Of a DNA stretch of 64,000 nt, positions 29,891 through 38,954 are shown one piece after another. Source of the stretch: Vicinamibacterales bacterium (GTDB lineage: Bacteria; Acidobacteriota; Vicinamibacteria; Vicinamibacterales; CAVVIG01); contig CBDDJX010000003.1 in NCBI GenBank assembly GCA_965229885.1, positions 1,424,452-1,488,451 on the forward strand, read 5' to 3'. The notes below the pieces were generated by a model that did no database searches, had not been told where the DNA came from, and saw only the letters and a program-made list of their open reading frames with translations. Each line of letters begins with the position of its first letter. Within the stretch, counting starts at the first letter, position 1. Position numbers and translations under genes: made by a program.

Positions 29891-30070
29891 AAAAGACTCA
29901 ACAAACACGGCCGTAAATAGCACATTTCACGGTGGCGGCAGGTCCCGGCCATAAGGCTCTGGAAGGGCGTACTGTCAGGCCAACTGGTACATCGAGTTCG
30001 TCGCCGGCAAAGCGATCGGACGCCGCGGAGTTGCTCGAGGTCTGCTCACGAGCCGCCTGCTCAAGGTGTC

Positions 30071-32143
30071 TCAGCGTGGCGGATCGAGTTCGTCGGCCAG
30101 GGCAAGGGCGCCGTAGATGGTCCGCAGCGCATGCACGATGGCCCCACTGTGGACGGCGATTGTGCGATTGGCTGTCTCGTCGTACACGAATCGACCGACG
30201 AGGCTCTCGATGTTCCCGTCGAAGACCAGCCCGACGAGCTCGCCGGCTTTGTTGACGATCGGCGATCCGGAATTGCCGCCGATGATGTCGTTCGTCGTCA
30301 CGAAATCGAGCGGCGTCGACAGCTCGACCTTCGAGCGACCTTCCTTGAAGCGCGGCGCCAGGTCGAACGGCGGCTTGCCGTCGAAGCTCGCGGATCGATC
30401 GTACAGACCCGCGAAGGTCGTCTTGTACGGCGCGCGCGTGCCGTTCATCGGGTACCCGCTGGCCTTCCCGTACGACAGTCGCAGGGTGAAGGTCGCGTCA
30501 GGATAGACCGATGTGCCGTACACCGCGAACCGCGCCTGGCCGATCTTCTGGCGCGCGGCCGATTCCACGCTCGTCACCTCGCTCTCAATCGTCCTGGTGA
30601 TGCCGCGGAGTATGGGATCGATAGCGCGCGCCATCACGATGAGCGGGTCGGTTGATCGCCTGAGGGCGGCCCCGCCGCCGTCGATCAACCGCTTGCGAAC
30701 GGCCGGATCGGCGAGCTTGGTGCCGCCGATGATGGCTGTGGCTGCGTCTTTCGGTGAACGACCGGCCAGCACCGCTTTGACGAACGCGTCGTCGGATCCC
30801 AGCTCTTCGAGCGATTCCTGCATCGCGTCGGCGAACAGCGCCTCCTCGAGCGCCGGATAGACGGGCGCGTGGGAGAGCAACGAGAACTGCAGCGAGGGCA
30901 GCTGCGAATCGTGATAGCCGTTGAGGCGCTGGTCGTCGCGTTTCCTGATTTCCGTCACGTAGCGGACGATGGTCAGGCCGATGCCCGCGAACGCCGAGCC
31001 ACGGGTCTGGCTGAAGCGCTGCTGCTGGTACAGCCGGCGATTCGCCGTCTCGGCCCTCGCGATGTCGTCCCACGCCGATGCGTAGCTTTTCTGCCACTCC
31101 GGATCGCGGTCGACGGCGGCGCGCAGCGCGCGCTCGTCGGCCGACTTCTTGTCCATGATCTTCCGATCGAGCAGGCCGGTGTATTCACCGGTGTACGCCT
31201 TGAGCGCGTTCTCGAGGCTGAAGGTGATGTTCGCGGCCTGACGCGCCAGTTCGCTGCTTCCCGCCGCGAACTGGCGAAGCACGTTGATCCGCCGCTTCAC
31301 GACCTGGATATTGAAGGGGTAGACGACGTCGCGGAGCGTTTCGAGCTCGGCGACCGTGTCGTTGCGGTCGGTCGATGCGGGGTGACCGGAAACGAACACC
31401 AGCTCGTTGTCGGCGGCGCCCTTCGCGTTCCATTTGAGGAAGTGCTCGGGGCGGACCGGCGCGCCGTTTTCGTAGACGCGGAAGATCGCAAAGTCCAGGT
31501 CGTAGCGCGGATACGTGAAGTTGTCAGGATCGCCGCCGAAAAAGGCCATCTGCTGTTCCGGCGCGAACACCAGTCGCACATCCGTGTACTTCTTATAACG
31601 ATAGAGCCAGTACTGAGCGCCCTGATACAGGGCGACGATGTCGGAACGCAGGCCGGTCCGATCGAGGCTTTCCTTCTCGATGGCCGCAATCTCGGCCCTG
31701 CGGGCGTCGAGCGCTGCTTGCGCGCCGTTGCCGCGCTCTGCCGCCGCGACGACCCGCGGCGTGACTTCTTCGTACGACACCAGGACGTTCAGCTCGAGGT
31801 CGGCGGCCTTCAGCTCCTCACCGCGTGACGAAGCGGCGAATCCGTCAGCCACGTAATTCTTCTGTTCCGTCGAGAGCTTCTGGAGCTGGCCAAGCGCCAC
31901 ATGATGGTTCGTCAGGACCAGGCCATCGGCCGAGACGAACGATCCCGAGCCGCCGTCGTCGAACCGCACGCTCGAGAGCCGCAGATGATCGAGCCAGTCG
32001 GTCGTGACGGTGAACCCATATCGCTGCTGGATGGCTGCGGTCGGTGGGTGGTCGAACGTCCACATGCCTTCGTCCGCAGTCGGCTGGACGGTCAGGATGG
32101 CGGTGACGAAAGCGACGATCGACAGGCGTCTGATCACAGACAT
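30071..32143 (-). CDS. S46 family dipeptidyl-peptidase (DPP7/DPP11-like)
   Basis: Signal peptide MSVIRRLSIVAFVTAILTVQP, then the hallmark ADEGMWTF, NHHV, and catalytic Ser context IIGGNSGSPIVN. The upstream ATG at 32197 lies inside IS sequence and is rejected. Confidence 0.9.
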   Translation of the reverse strand: MSVIRRLSIVAFVTAILTVQPTADEGMWTFDHPPTAAIQQRYGFTVTTDWLDHLRLSSVRFDDGGSGSFVSADGLVLTNHHVALGQLQKLSTEQKNYVADGFAASSRGEELKAADLELNVLVSYEEVTPRVVAAAERGNGAQAALDARRAEIAAIEKESLDRTGLRSDIVALYQGAQYWLYRYKKYTDVRLVFAPEQQMAFFGGDPDNFTYPRYDLDFAIFRVYENGAPVRPEHFLKWNAKGAADNELVFVSGHPASTDRNDTVAELETLRDVVYPFNIQVVKRRINVLRQFAAGSSELARQAANITFSLENALKAYTGEYTGLLDRKIMDKKSADERALRAAVDRDPEWQKSYASAWDDIARAETANRRLYQQQRFSQTRGSAFAGIGLTIVRYVTEIRKRDDQRLNGYHDSQLPSLQFSLLSHAPVYPALEEALFADAMQESLEELGSDDAFVKAVLAGRSPKDAATAIIGGTKLADPAVRKRLIDGGGAALRRSTDPLIVMARAIDPILRGITRTIESEVTSVESAARQKIGQARFAVYGTSVYPDATFTLRLSYGKASGYPMNGTRAPYKTTFAGLYDRSASFDGKPPFDLAPRFKEGRSKVELSTPLDFVTTNDIIGGNSGSPIVNKAGELVGLVFDGNIESLVGRFVYDETANRTIAVHSGAIVHALRTIYGALALADELDPPR

Positions 32144-32172
32144 CCCTCGATTATGAGGCACAGACAGCAGGG

Positions 32173-32412
32173 GTGTCGAGAGGGCGTATCGCGCCATGGT
32201 AAGTGTTACCGAAGGAAAGATCGTCGTGCCCTAAAGGGTGTTACCCAAGCGGGTGTGCCACAGGAGGGCACCCGCGTGGGACCACAGGCGAGGCCGGAGT
32301 ATTTGGCGCAGATGCGGGACCGGTACGTGGGGGCCTCGCGGACGGAGAAGGGGCGTGTGCTCACAGAGGCGGTGACGGTGACGGGCTACCATCGGAAGGC
32401 GATCATTCGGGC
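32173..32412 (+). mobile_element. Left-end 240-bp fragment of the rve-type IS seen intact at 61175..62531
   Basis: From cgtatcgcgccatggtaagtg onward it is near-identical to 61187..61413. Homology ends at ...catcattcgggc (32412), where a truncated minus-strand gene begins. Confidence 0.85.
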
Positions 32413-32734
32413 GTGACTGATCGCCGCGCTCGTACGCCAGCCGCCCGTGCAGCCGCCACAGCGTCGAGAGGCGCCCGGGCGGGACGGTTTCGCGGAAGGT
32501 GTCGGGTGGACGGCCGAGCGCCGCCGCCGCCTGGTCGAGGTCGTCCTGGAGAAGCCAGGCCTCGGCGAGCATCGACCGCAGCGCCAGCTCGTCATCGCGA
32601 GTCAGCGTCGATGACTTGAGGACCGGGGCCAGGATCTGCGCAGCCGCAGCCCCACGGCCGCGATCGAGCGCGGCGCCGACTCGCGCAATGGCGGCCTGCG
32701 GCAACGAAGACGGCACGCCGGGAGTATAAGGCAA
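32413..32734 (-). pseudogene. N-terminal fragment of a TPR-like/regulatory protein, 3' end deleted at the IS junction
   Basis: MPYTPGVPSSLPQAAIARVGAALDRGRGAAAAQILAPVL...LSTLWRLHGRLAYERGDQS, then the frame runs into IS sequence. Confidence 0.55.
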
Positions 32735-32862
32735 ACGCGCCGCTGAGTCAGGCGTCTCGCGTCTTCACCGAGTGGCCGCCGAACTGTTTGCGCAGCGCCG
32801 CCAGCACTCAGAGGCCGGCGGCTGCGCGCTCTGCATCCCCCTGGCATAGACTAGACATACAG

Positions 32863-33099
32863 ATGGCACGGGGATTCGAAAGCACGGACGTCGAATTTCA
32901 ACAGGCCGAAGCCGAGCGATCGAAGTCGCCGAAGCGGCTGTTCTCCGCGGAGGAACGTGACGCACAGGCGCGCCGCCTCACGCTGGAACTGGCGCTCTCG
33001 CGGGCGCAGAGCGACCTGGGTCTCGCAACGTCGGCTGCGCACCGGCAGATGCTCGGACAGGCGGTCGCCGCGCTTCGCGAACAGATTCACCTGCTGTAG
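32863..33099 (+). CDS. Small coiled-coil hypothetical protein, translationally abutting tesA
   Basis: ATG at 32863. 78 aa MARGFESTDVEFQQAEAERSK...LREQIHLL. Its TAG is directly followed by the tesA ATG at 33100. Confidence 0.5.
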   Translation: MARGFESTDVEFQQAEAERSKSPKRLFSAEERDAQARRLTLELALSRAQSDLGLATSAAHRQMLGQAVAALREQIHLL

Positions 33100-33867
33100 A
33101 TGCAAGTCAACACGTTTTCAGGCGTTCGGCTCGCGACGTGTCTTGCCGCCGCGGCGACGATGGTCGCGTGCGATTCTCGGGAGCGCGGCGAACGGCTGGC
33201 CACGCCCCCGACCGCCTCGCGGACGGCGATCCCGCGGGAATCGGCGCCGCCGCCGCCGGGCAGTCGACGTATCGTCGTCCTCGGCGACAGTCTGACCGCG
33301 GGGCTCGGTCTTCCCTCAGAAGACGCGTACCCGGCTGTTCTGCAGCGGCGTCTGGATGCCGGGAATCTGAAGTATCACGTGATCAACGCGGGTGTTTCAG
33401 GCGACACATCCGCGGGCGGCTTGTCGAGGCTCGACTGGGCGCTCGAGGGCGACGTGCGTGTCCTCGTCCTCGCGCTCGGCGCGAACGACGGGCTGCGCGG
33501 CCTTCCGGTCTCGCAGTTGAAAGACAATCTCGCCCGCATCATCCGGCAGGCGCAGGCGCGCGGCGTCACGGTCGTTCTTGCGGGCATGGAGGCGCCGCCG
33601 AACTTGGGCGACGAGTACACGAGGGCGTTTCACGACGTGTATCCCGCGCTGGCGAACCAATACCATCTGGCGCTGGTGCCGTTTCTGCTCGAGGGAGTGG
33701 CCGGGATCGACCGCTTGAATCAGCGTGATGGCATGCATCCGACGGCTGAAGGGGACCGCCTCGTTGCGGACACGGTGTGGAAGGTTCTCCAGCCCGTCGT
33801 GACTGCGGAGGCTGCCAGGACTGCCGGGGAGCCAGCGAGCCGGGGGAAAGGCATCCCCAGTTCATGA
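33100..33867 (+). CDS. tesA: SGNH/GDSL arylesterase / acyl-CoA thioesterase I-like lipoprotein
   Basis: Lipobox-like AAATMVAC. Blocks VVLGDSLTAG (Ser), GANDGLRG, DGMHPTAEG (Asp-x-x-His). Confidence 0.85.
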   Translation: MQVNTFSGVRLATCLAAAATMVACDSRERGERLATPPTASRTAIPRESAPPPPGSRRIVVLGDSLTAGLGLPSEDAYPAVLQRRLDAGNLKYHVINAGVSGDTSAGGLSRLDWALEGDVRVLVLALGANDGLRGLPVSQLKDNLARIIRQAQARGVTVVLAGMEAPPNLGDEYTRAFHDVYPALANQYHLALVPFLLEGVAGIDRLNQRDGMHPTAEGDRLVADTVWKVLQPVVTAEAARTAGEPASRGKGIPSS

Positions 33868-34529
33868 TTCGGCTGCGTGAGGTCTCGAAGACCGTCAAGA
33901 GCGGTGACCAGCCGCTCACGATTCTGCATCCGCTGAGCTTGGACATCCCAGATGGGCAGTTCATCGCAATCGTCGGGCCATCGGGCAGCGGCAAGTCGAC
34001 GCTGCTTGGCCTCATCGCGGGCCTCGACGCGCCGACGTCTGGCGCGGTGCTCATCGACGGCGTGGACATCACCCGGCTCGACGAAGACACGCTGGCGCGT
34101 CTGCGCGGCGAAAAGATCGGCTTCGTGTTCCAGTTTTTTCACTTGATTCCGTCGCTCACGGCGTACGAGAACATCGCCGTGCCGATGGAGATCGCCGGAT
34201 CGGCCGACGTGGGGCACCGGACTGACGCGTTGCTGCAGGAAGTGGGGTTGACCGAGCGCGCGCATCATTACCCCTCGCAGCTCTCAGGTGGCGAACAGCA
34301 GAGGGTCGCGCTCGCCCGCGCGCTGGCCAACGCCCCGGCGATCGTGCTGGCCGACGAACCGACAGGAAATCTCGACACCGCCACCGGCCGTCATATTCTG
34401 GAGCTGCTGCGCGAGATCCATCGTGCACGCGGGACCACCATCATCCTGGTCACGCACGACGCCGAACTGGCGGCCATCGCCGAAGCCCGGCTGGCCCTGC
34501 GCGACGGTCAGGTTGTCGAACATGGATGA
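33864..34529 (+). CDS. ybbA: ABC transporter ATP-binding protein, YbbA/LolD-like
   Basis: ATGA overlap with tes[37 protein letters not shown]. Confidence 0.85.
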   Translation: MIRLREVSKTVKSGDQPLTILHPLSLDIPDGQFIAIVGPSGSGKSTLLGLIAGLDAPTSGAVLIDGVDITRLDEDTLARLRGEKIGFVFQFFHLIPSLTAYENIAVPMEIAGSADVGHRTDALLQEVGLTERAHHYPSQLSGGEQQRVALARALANAPAIVLADEPTGNLDTATGRHILELLREIHRARGTTIILVTHDAELAAIAEARLALRDGQVVEHG

Positions 34530-34542
34530 AGAGTAAGCCCGC

Positions 34543-37074
34543 ATGAAATTCATCCTCCAGATGGCCGTCCGGGAAACTCGGGCCGCCTGGCGCCGATTGC
34601 TGTTCTTTTTCATCTGCATCGCCGTTGGCGTGGCGGCGATCGTCGCGCTGCGGTCGGTGATCCACAGCGTGCGCGCCGTACTGGGGACCGAAGCGCGGGC
34701 GCTCGTCGCGGCGGACGTCACAATCAATACGACGCGCGACTGGACGCCGGCCGCGAACGACATCATCGATCGTCGGCTGGCGGAAGCCAACGCCATCGCC
34801 CGTACCGAAACGATCTCGACGCCAACGATGGTGAGGCCGGTCGACGAGTCACGCACGGTCGCCCGGATGGTCGAGCTCAAAGCCGTGCAGCGCGAGTTCC
34901 CGTTTTACGGCAGCGTGACGCTCGAAGGCGGCCTGGCCTATTCCCACGCGCTCGTGGAGCACCACGGTGCGCTCGTGCGCCCGGAGGTGTTGACTTCGCT
35001 TGGGCTGCGCGTCGGGGACGGCATCGTCATCGGCCAGGCGACGTTCGCGATTCGCGGCGTCGTGGCGGGCGAGCCCGGACGCGGCATCGTCAATTTCAGC
35101 CTCGGGCCGCGCGTGTTCATCGATTTCGCCGATGTGCCGTCGACTGGCCTGCTGGGAGTGGGAAGCCGCGCCACCCGCCGACTGCTGGCCAAGGTGCCAG
35201 ACGACCGGATCGACGATCTGGTCGAGACGCTGCGCACGGATCTCCAGAGGGAGTTTACGAACACCAGGTCGTATCGCTCCAATGAGAATCAGATCGGCCG
35301 CAACTTCGATCGCGCCGAGAATTACCTGAGTCTCGTCGGCCTCATCATCGTCATCCTGGGCGGCATCGCCGTATCGAGTGTCACGCGCGTGTTTATCCTG
35401 CAGAAGATTCGAAGTATTGCGGTGTTGAAGTGTGTCGGCGCGAGGAGCCGGGAGGTGATCGCGATTTACATCCTGCAGATGATGGCGCTCGGGCTTGCCG
35501 GCAGTGTGCTGGGCGTCTTCCTCGCGCGCCTGGCGGTGGGCGCCATTCCGCTCGCGCTCGGCCCCACCTCGTCGCTTCTGGCCGAGGCGCATTACGGCGT
35601 GACATGGAGCGCGGCTCTGCAGGGCATCGGCATCGGCGTGCTGGTGTCGCTGCTGTTCTCGATTGTGCCGCTGCTGCACGTCCGATTCATCAAGCCGTCG
35701 CTGCTGCTGCGGGAGGAATCGACACCCCGACCGCGCGACTGGGTCGGCCTGGCGGCGATTGGCGGGGTGGCGGCGACCCTCGTGGCCGTCACGATCTGGC
35801 AGGCCGCGTCGCTGCGAATCGGCCTCGTCGTGTGCGCCGGTTTCACGGGCCTGGCCTTTGCACTGCACTCGGCGGGCCGCGCGCTCGTCGCCGGGATCGC
35901 GCCGCTGGCCGAATCGCGATCGTTCCCGCTGCGTCATGCCGTGCTGCACCTCTCGCGTCCAGGCAATCAGACGCGCGTGATTCTTCTTGCGGTCGGCCTC
36001 GGCGCCTTCTTCATCGTCGGCATCCGGTCGCTGCAGGCCAGCCTGCTCGGCGAATTTTCAGTCCAGATGTCGGAAGACTCGCCCGACATGTTCCTGCTCG
36101 ATATTCAGAAGACGCAGGCCGATGACGTCCGCGCCTTCATGGCCGACCCCGCCAACGGCGCCGGAGCCTCGCAGCTTCTGCCCGTTCTGCGTGCGCGCGT
36201 CGTCGGCATCGACGGGAAGCGGATCCAAGCCGCGAACATCGCGGACGTGCGGGAGCTCGGGATAGGACGCGAATACACGATTACCTATCGGGATCATCTC
36301 GAAGCGAATGAGCGCGTCCTCGAGGGTCGGTTCTGGGACAGCCCATCGGCGGAAGCGGAGGTGTCGGTCGAGCGGGAAACCCGCGAGCGGTCCGGCCTCG
36401 AAGTCGGCGATACGATGCGCTTCGATATTCTCGGCCGCGTCATCGCCGCGCGCGTGACGAGCGTTCGCGATGTCGAGTGGCGCGATTCACGGAACGGCGG
36501 CTTCGTGTTCGTCTTTCGTCCGGGCGCGCTCGACGATGCGCCGCAGACGTTCGTGTCGCCGCTCAAGGGCCCGGCGGAGTCGGCGGCCCGCGGCCGGTTC
36601 CAGCACGACCTCGTGGCGCGGTTTCCCAACGTGTCGGTCATCGACTTCCGCGAGGTTCTCGACGAGCTTCGCGGCGTGATGGAGAAAGTGACGCTCGCGA
36701 TTTCTGTCGTCGGCGGACTCGTGCTGTTCAGCGGTGCGCTGATCCTCGTGGGGGCCGTCGCGATGACGAAATACCAGCGGGTCTACGAGGCCGCGGTGTT
36801 CAAGACGCTCGGAGCAACCACGCGGACGATCGCGTGGATGCTGCTGTTCGAGTACGGCGTGCTCGGCGCCCTGGCCGGGCTCGTAGGCTCGGTCGGCGCG
36901 GTCGGACTGACCTGGGGCGTGAGCCGCTACGCGCTCGACATTCCGTGGCGCCTGTTCCCCGGCGAACATGCGGCGGGCATCGTGCTCACCGCGCTTCTGG
37001 TGTCGGTGGTCGGCGTGCTCTCCAGTCTCGATGTCCTTCGCAACAAGCCCCTCGCGACCCTGCGGGCGGAATAG
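34543..37074 (+). CDS. ybbP: FtsX-domain ABC transporter permease, YbbP-like (843 aa, two FtsX repeats)
   Basis: Length, ten predicted TM segments, two MacB/FtsX-type modules and a conserved position next to ybbA and tesA. Confidence 0.8.
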   Translation: MKFILQMAVRETRAAWRRLLFFFICIAVGVAAIVALRSVIHSVRAVLGTEARALVAADVTINTTRDWTPAANDIIDRRLAEANAIARTETISTPTMVRPVDESRTVARMVELKAVQREFPFYGSVTLEGGLAYSHALVEHHGALVRPEVLTSLGLRVGDGIVIGQATFAIRGVVAGEPGRGIVNFSLGPRVFIDFADVPSTGLLGVGSRATRRLLAKVPDDRIDDLVETLRTDLQREFTNTRSYRSNENQIGRNFDRAENYLSLVGLIIVILGGIAVSSVTRVFILQKIRSIAVLKCVGARSREVIAIYILQMMALGLAGSVLGVFLARLAVGAIPLALGPTSSLLAEAHYGVTWSAALQGIGIGVLVSLLFSIVPLLHVRFIKPSLLLREESTPRPRDWVGLAAIGGVAATLVAVTIWQAASLRIGLVVCAGFTGLAFALHSAGRALVAGIAPLAESRSFPLRHAVLHLSRPGNQTRVILLAVGLGAFFIVGIRSLQASLLGEFSVQMSEDSPDMFLLDIQKTQADDVRAFMADPANGAGASQLLPVLRARVVGIDGKRIQAANIADVRELGIGREYTITYRDHLEANERVLEGRFWDSPSAEAEVSVERETRERSGLEVGDTMRFDILGRVIAARVTSVRDVEWRDSRNGGFVFVFRPGALDDAPQTFVSPLKGPAESAARGRFQHDLVARFPNVSVIDFREVLDELRGVMEKVTLAISVVGGLVLFSGALILVGAVAMTKYQRVYEAAVFKTLGATTRTIAWMLLFEYGVLGALAGLVGSVGAVGLTWGVSRYALDIPWRLFPGEHAAGIVLTALLVSVVGVLSSLDVLRNKPLATLRAE

Positions 37075-37077
37075 GCT

Positions 37078-37114
37078 CCTGGCTTCAGGCTCGTGGGCCT
37101 GCCAGGAGCGTAGA
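37078..37114 (+). terminator. Hairpin after ybbP (no T-run)
   Basis: GCTCCTGGC-tt-CAGGC-tcgtgg-GCCTG-CCAGGAGC. Confidence 0.35.
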
Positions 37115-37286
37115 GCCATTGTGTAGAATCCCCGCGCGTGCAATAGCTCGAACCGCAGTGTGCGCTCGCCGCCCGCGGCACCACTGTCCTGTTTCTCATC
37201 CGGTACACCTTTCTGCGCTGGCAGTGTTACCATTGAGGGTTGCTCAGGCACCGTACGAGGCATCGAGCAGGGAGTAACGAGATTCC

Positions 37287-37622
37287 ATGGATGAGCAGAA
37301 CTACAAAGATGCGCTGCTGAAGAAGAAGGTCGAGATTCTCGGGCTCAGCGGCATCAAGCCGCTGCAGGCGTCGATGGAAAACAACACCCGCCAGGGCGAC
37401 ATAGCGGATCAGGCGAGCGGCAATAACGAAGTCCATATCCAGCTCAGACTGAAGCAGACCGACGCGAAGATTCTCCAGGCGATCGAAGAAGCGCTGGGGC
37501 GCATCGACAAGGGCTCCTACGGCGTGTGTCGCGACTGCGGCGAGCCGATCGCCGACGCGCGGCTCAATGCGATCCCATGGACCCGCGTCTGCATCGCGTG
37601 CAAGGAAAAGCAGAACGCGTGA
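37287..37622 (+). CDS. dksA: DksA/TraR family C4 zinc-finger protein
   Basis: GVCRDCGEPIADARLNAIPWTRVCIACKE four-Cys finger plus an N-terminal coiled-coil with acidic tip DIADQA. Confidence 0.85.
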   Translation: MDEQNYKDALLKKKVEILGLSGIKPLQASMENNTRQGDIADQASGNNEVHIQLRLKQTDAKILQAIEEALGRIDKGSYGVCRDCGEPIADARLNAIPWTRVCIACKEKQNA

Positions 37623-37909
37623 CCGAACTGCTGCCGTTGCTGCAGGAATTTCACCGCGACAAACTGGAACCGCTGCTGCGGCATCAGGCCGGCGCGCGGC
37701 TGATCCGGCAATACGACGCCAACAACACCTACCAGTACATCGTCAATCGTGACGAGGTGCAGCTACTCGGACTGGTGCTGGGCGAGACGCTCAAGCAGAA
37801 GCGGTTCTTCGAGCAGGAGCTGGCGGGGCGAACGGATTTACTGGGTCGTCGGGGCGCGTCGCTCGGCCCGTCTCACGGCGAGGTCCTCCCGTCACGGTGG
37901 ATTGAGTAG
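37619..37909 (+). CDS. Hypothetical protein, GTGA-overlapped with dksA
   Basis: GTG at 37619 overlaps the dksA stop. 96 codons with strongly GC-rich third positions. No recognisable domain. Confidence 0.5.
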   Translation: MTELLPLLQEFHRDKLEPLLRHQAGARLIRQYDANNTYQYIVNRDEVQLLGLVLGETLKQKRFFEQELAGRTDLLGRRGASLGPSHGEVLPSRWIE

Positions 37910-37937
37910 ACGACGCGTGAATCGGGTAATCGGGTAA

Positions 37938-38399
37938 TTGAGCAATTGGGTCATTGCCGCGATCGGTCTCGGCAGTAACCTCGACGATCGCGCCGCCCAC
38001 CTCGAGTTCGCCATTGCCAGGCTGAGGAATCGTCTCGACCATCTTCGCGTGTCACGCTTCCGCGAAACCATCTCCGTGGGTGCAACGGGTCCGCAGCCGC
38101 TTTTCTTGAACGCCGCGGCGGTCGGGCAGGCAGCGATGCCGGCGCGGGACCTGCTCGAGACGCTGCTGGCCATCGAGAAGGAGCGGGGCCGCGAGCGCCC
38201 CTACCCGAACGCTCCCCGCAGCCTGGATCTCGACCTCTTGCTGTTTGGTGATGCCACGTTCGACGAGCCTGGCCTGATCGTGCCGCACCCGCGTTTCCGC
38301 GAGCGCCGCTTCGTCCTCGAGCCGCTCGCCGAAATTGCTCCGGACCTGCAGGATCCGGCGACGGGGCAAACCGTCGCTGAACTTCTCGAGAAGACTTAA
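37938..38399 (+). CDS. folK: 2-amino-4-hydroxy-6-hydroxymethyldihydropteridine diphosphokinase
   Basis: [43 protein letters not shown] motifs. TTG start. Confidence 0.88.
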   Translation: MSNWVIAAIGLGSNLDDRAAHLEFAIARLRNRLDHLRVSRFRETISVGATGPQPLFLNAAAVGQAAMPARDLLETLLAIEKERGRERPYPNAPRSLDLDLLLFGDATFDEPGLIVPHPRFRERRFVLEPLAEIAPDLQDPATGQTVAELLEKT

Positions 38400-38954
38400 G
38401 CGACGACTTCTTCGGGGAGCGCCTTGAGCTCCTCTTCCGCGAGCCGGCGCTCTGTGACGGGATGATCCGACACGATGAGTCCGTCTCGGCACGTAATGAT
38501 GCGGTCGGCGTATTCCGCGATGTCGCGTTGTGCGTGATGACCAGCACGTGATGCCGCGCTCGCGATTCAGCCGCTGGAAGATGCCCATTACCTCGATGCT
38601 CGTGCGCGTGTCGATGTTTCCCGTGGGTTCGTCCGCCAGCAGGATCAACGGATTCGTCACCAGCGCACGCGCGATCGCAACGCGCTGCTGCTGCCCGCCG
38701 GAAAGCTGATTCGGATGGTGATCGGCGCGATCGGCCAGGCCGACCAGCGTGAGCGCTTCCCTCGCCAGCTTCCGGCGTTCCTGCGCGCGCAGCTTGCCGC
38801 CGCCGTACAGGAGCCGCAACTCGACGTTGTCGAGCGCGGCGGTGCGTGACAGCAGGTTGAATCCCTGGAACACGAAGCCAATCTTCTTATTGCGGACGGC
38901 GGCGAGCCGCGCTTCATGAACTGTCTCTTCTCCGAAGGTCCGGACTTTGGCCAC
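38396..38954 (-). pseudogene. MacB/LolD-type ABC ATPase remnant (5'-deleted, two frameshifts)
   Basis: Starts right after the RND stop codon with ...[19 protein letters not shown] (no Walker A). [26 protein letters not shown]. The frame then changes at GIT/VLVITH and again before [23 protein letters not shown]. Confidence 0.8.

Noticed and set aside
29891-30070. Possible integrase N-terminal remnant next to the tRNA (frame giving ..QANWYIEFVAGKAIGRR..).
   Set aside because: It is a short, weak resemblance with a stop just upstream, no further integrase motifs and no att-like repeat.
32144-32197. Upstream ATG (32197) as the start of the S46 peptidase (MARYALSTPLLSVPHNRG..).
   Set aside because: The extra 18 codons lie within or at the IS fragment. 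The downstream ATG at 32143 gives a normal signal peptide.
37075-37286. 212-nt gap upstream of dksA as a possible small RNA or riboswitch.
   Set aside because: I found only a terminator-like hairpin and a TAGAAT box. I recognised no conserved RNA motif and no convincing -35.
38395-38400. folK and the macB relic ending in the shared palindrome CTTAAG as a designed convergent overlap.
   Set aside because: A 2-3 nt stop-codon overlap of convergent genes is common, and one partner is a pseudogene.
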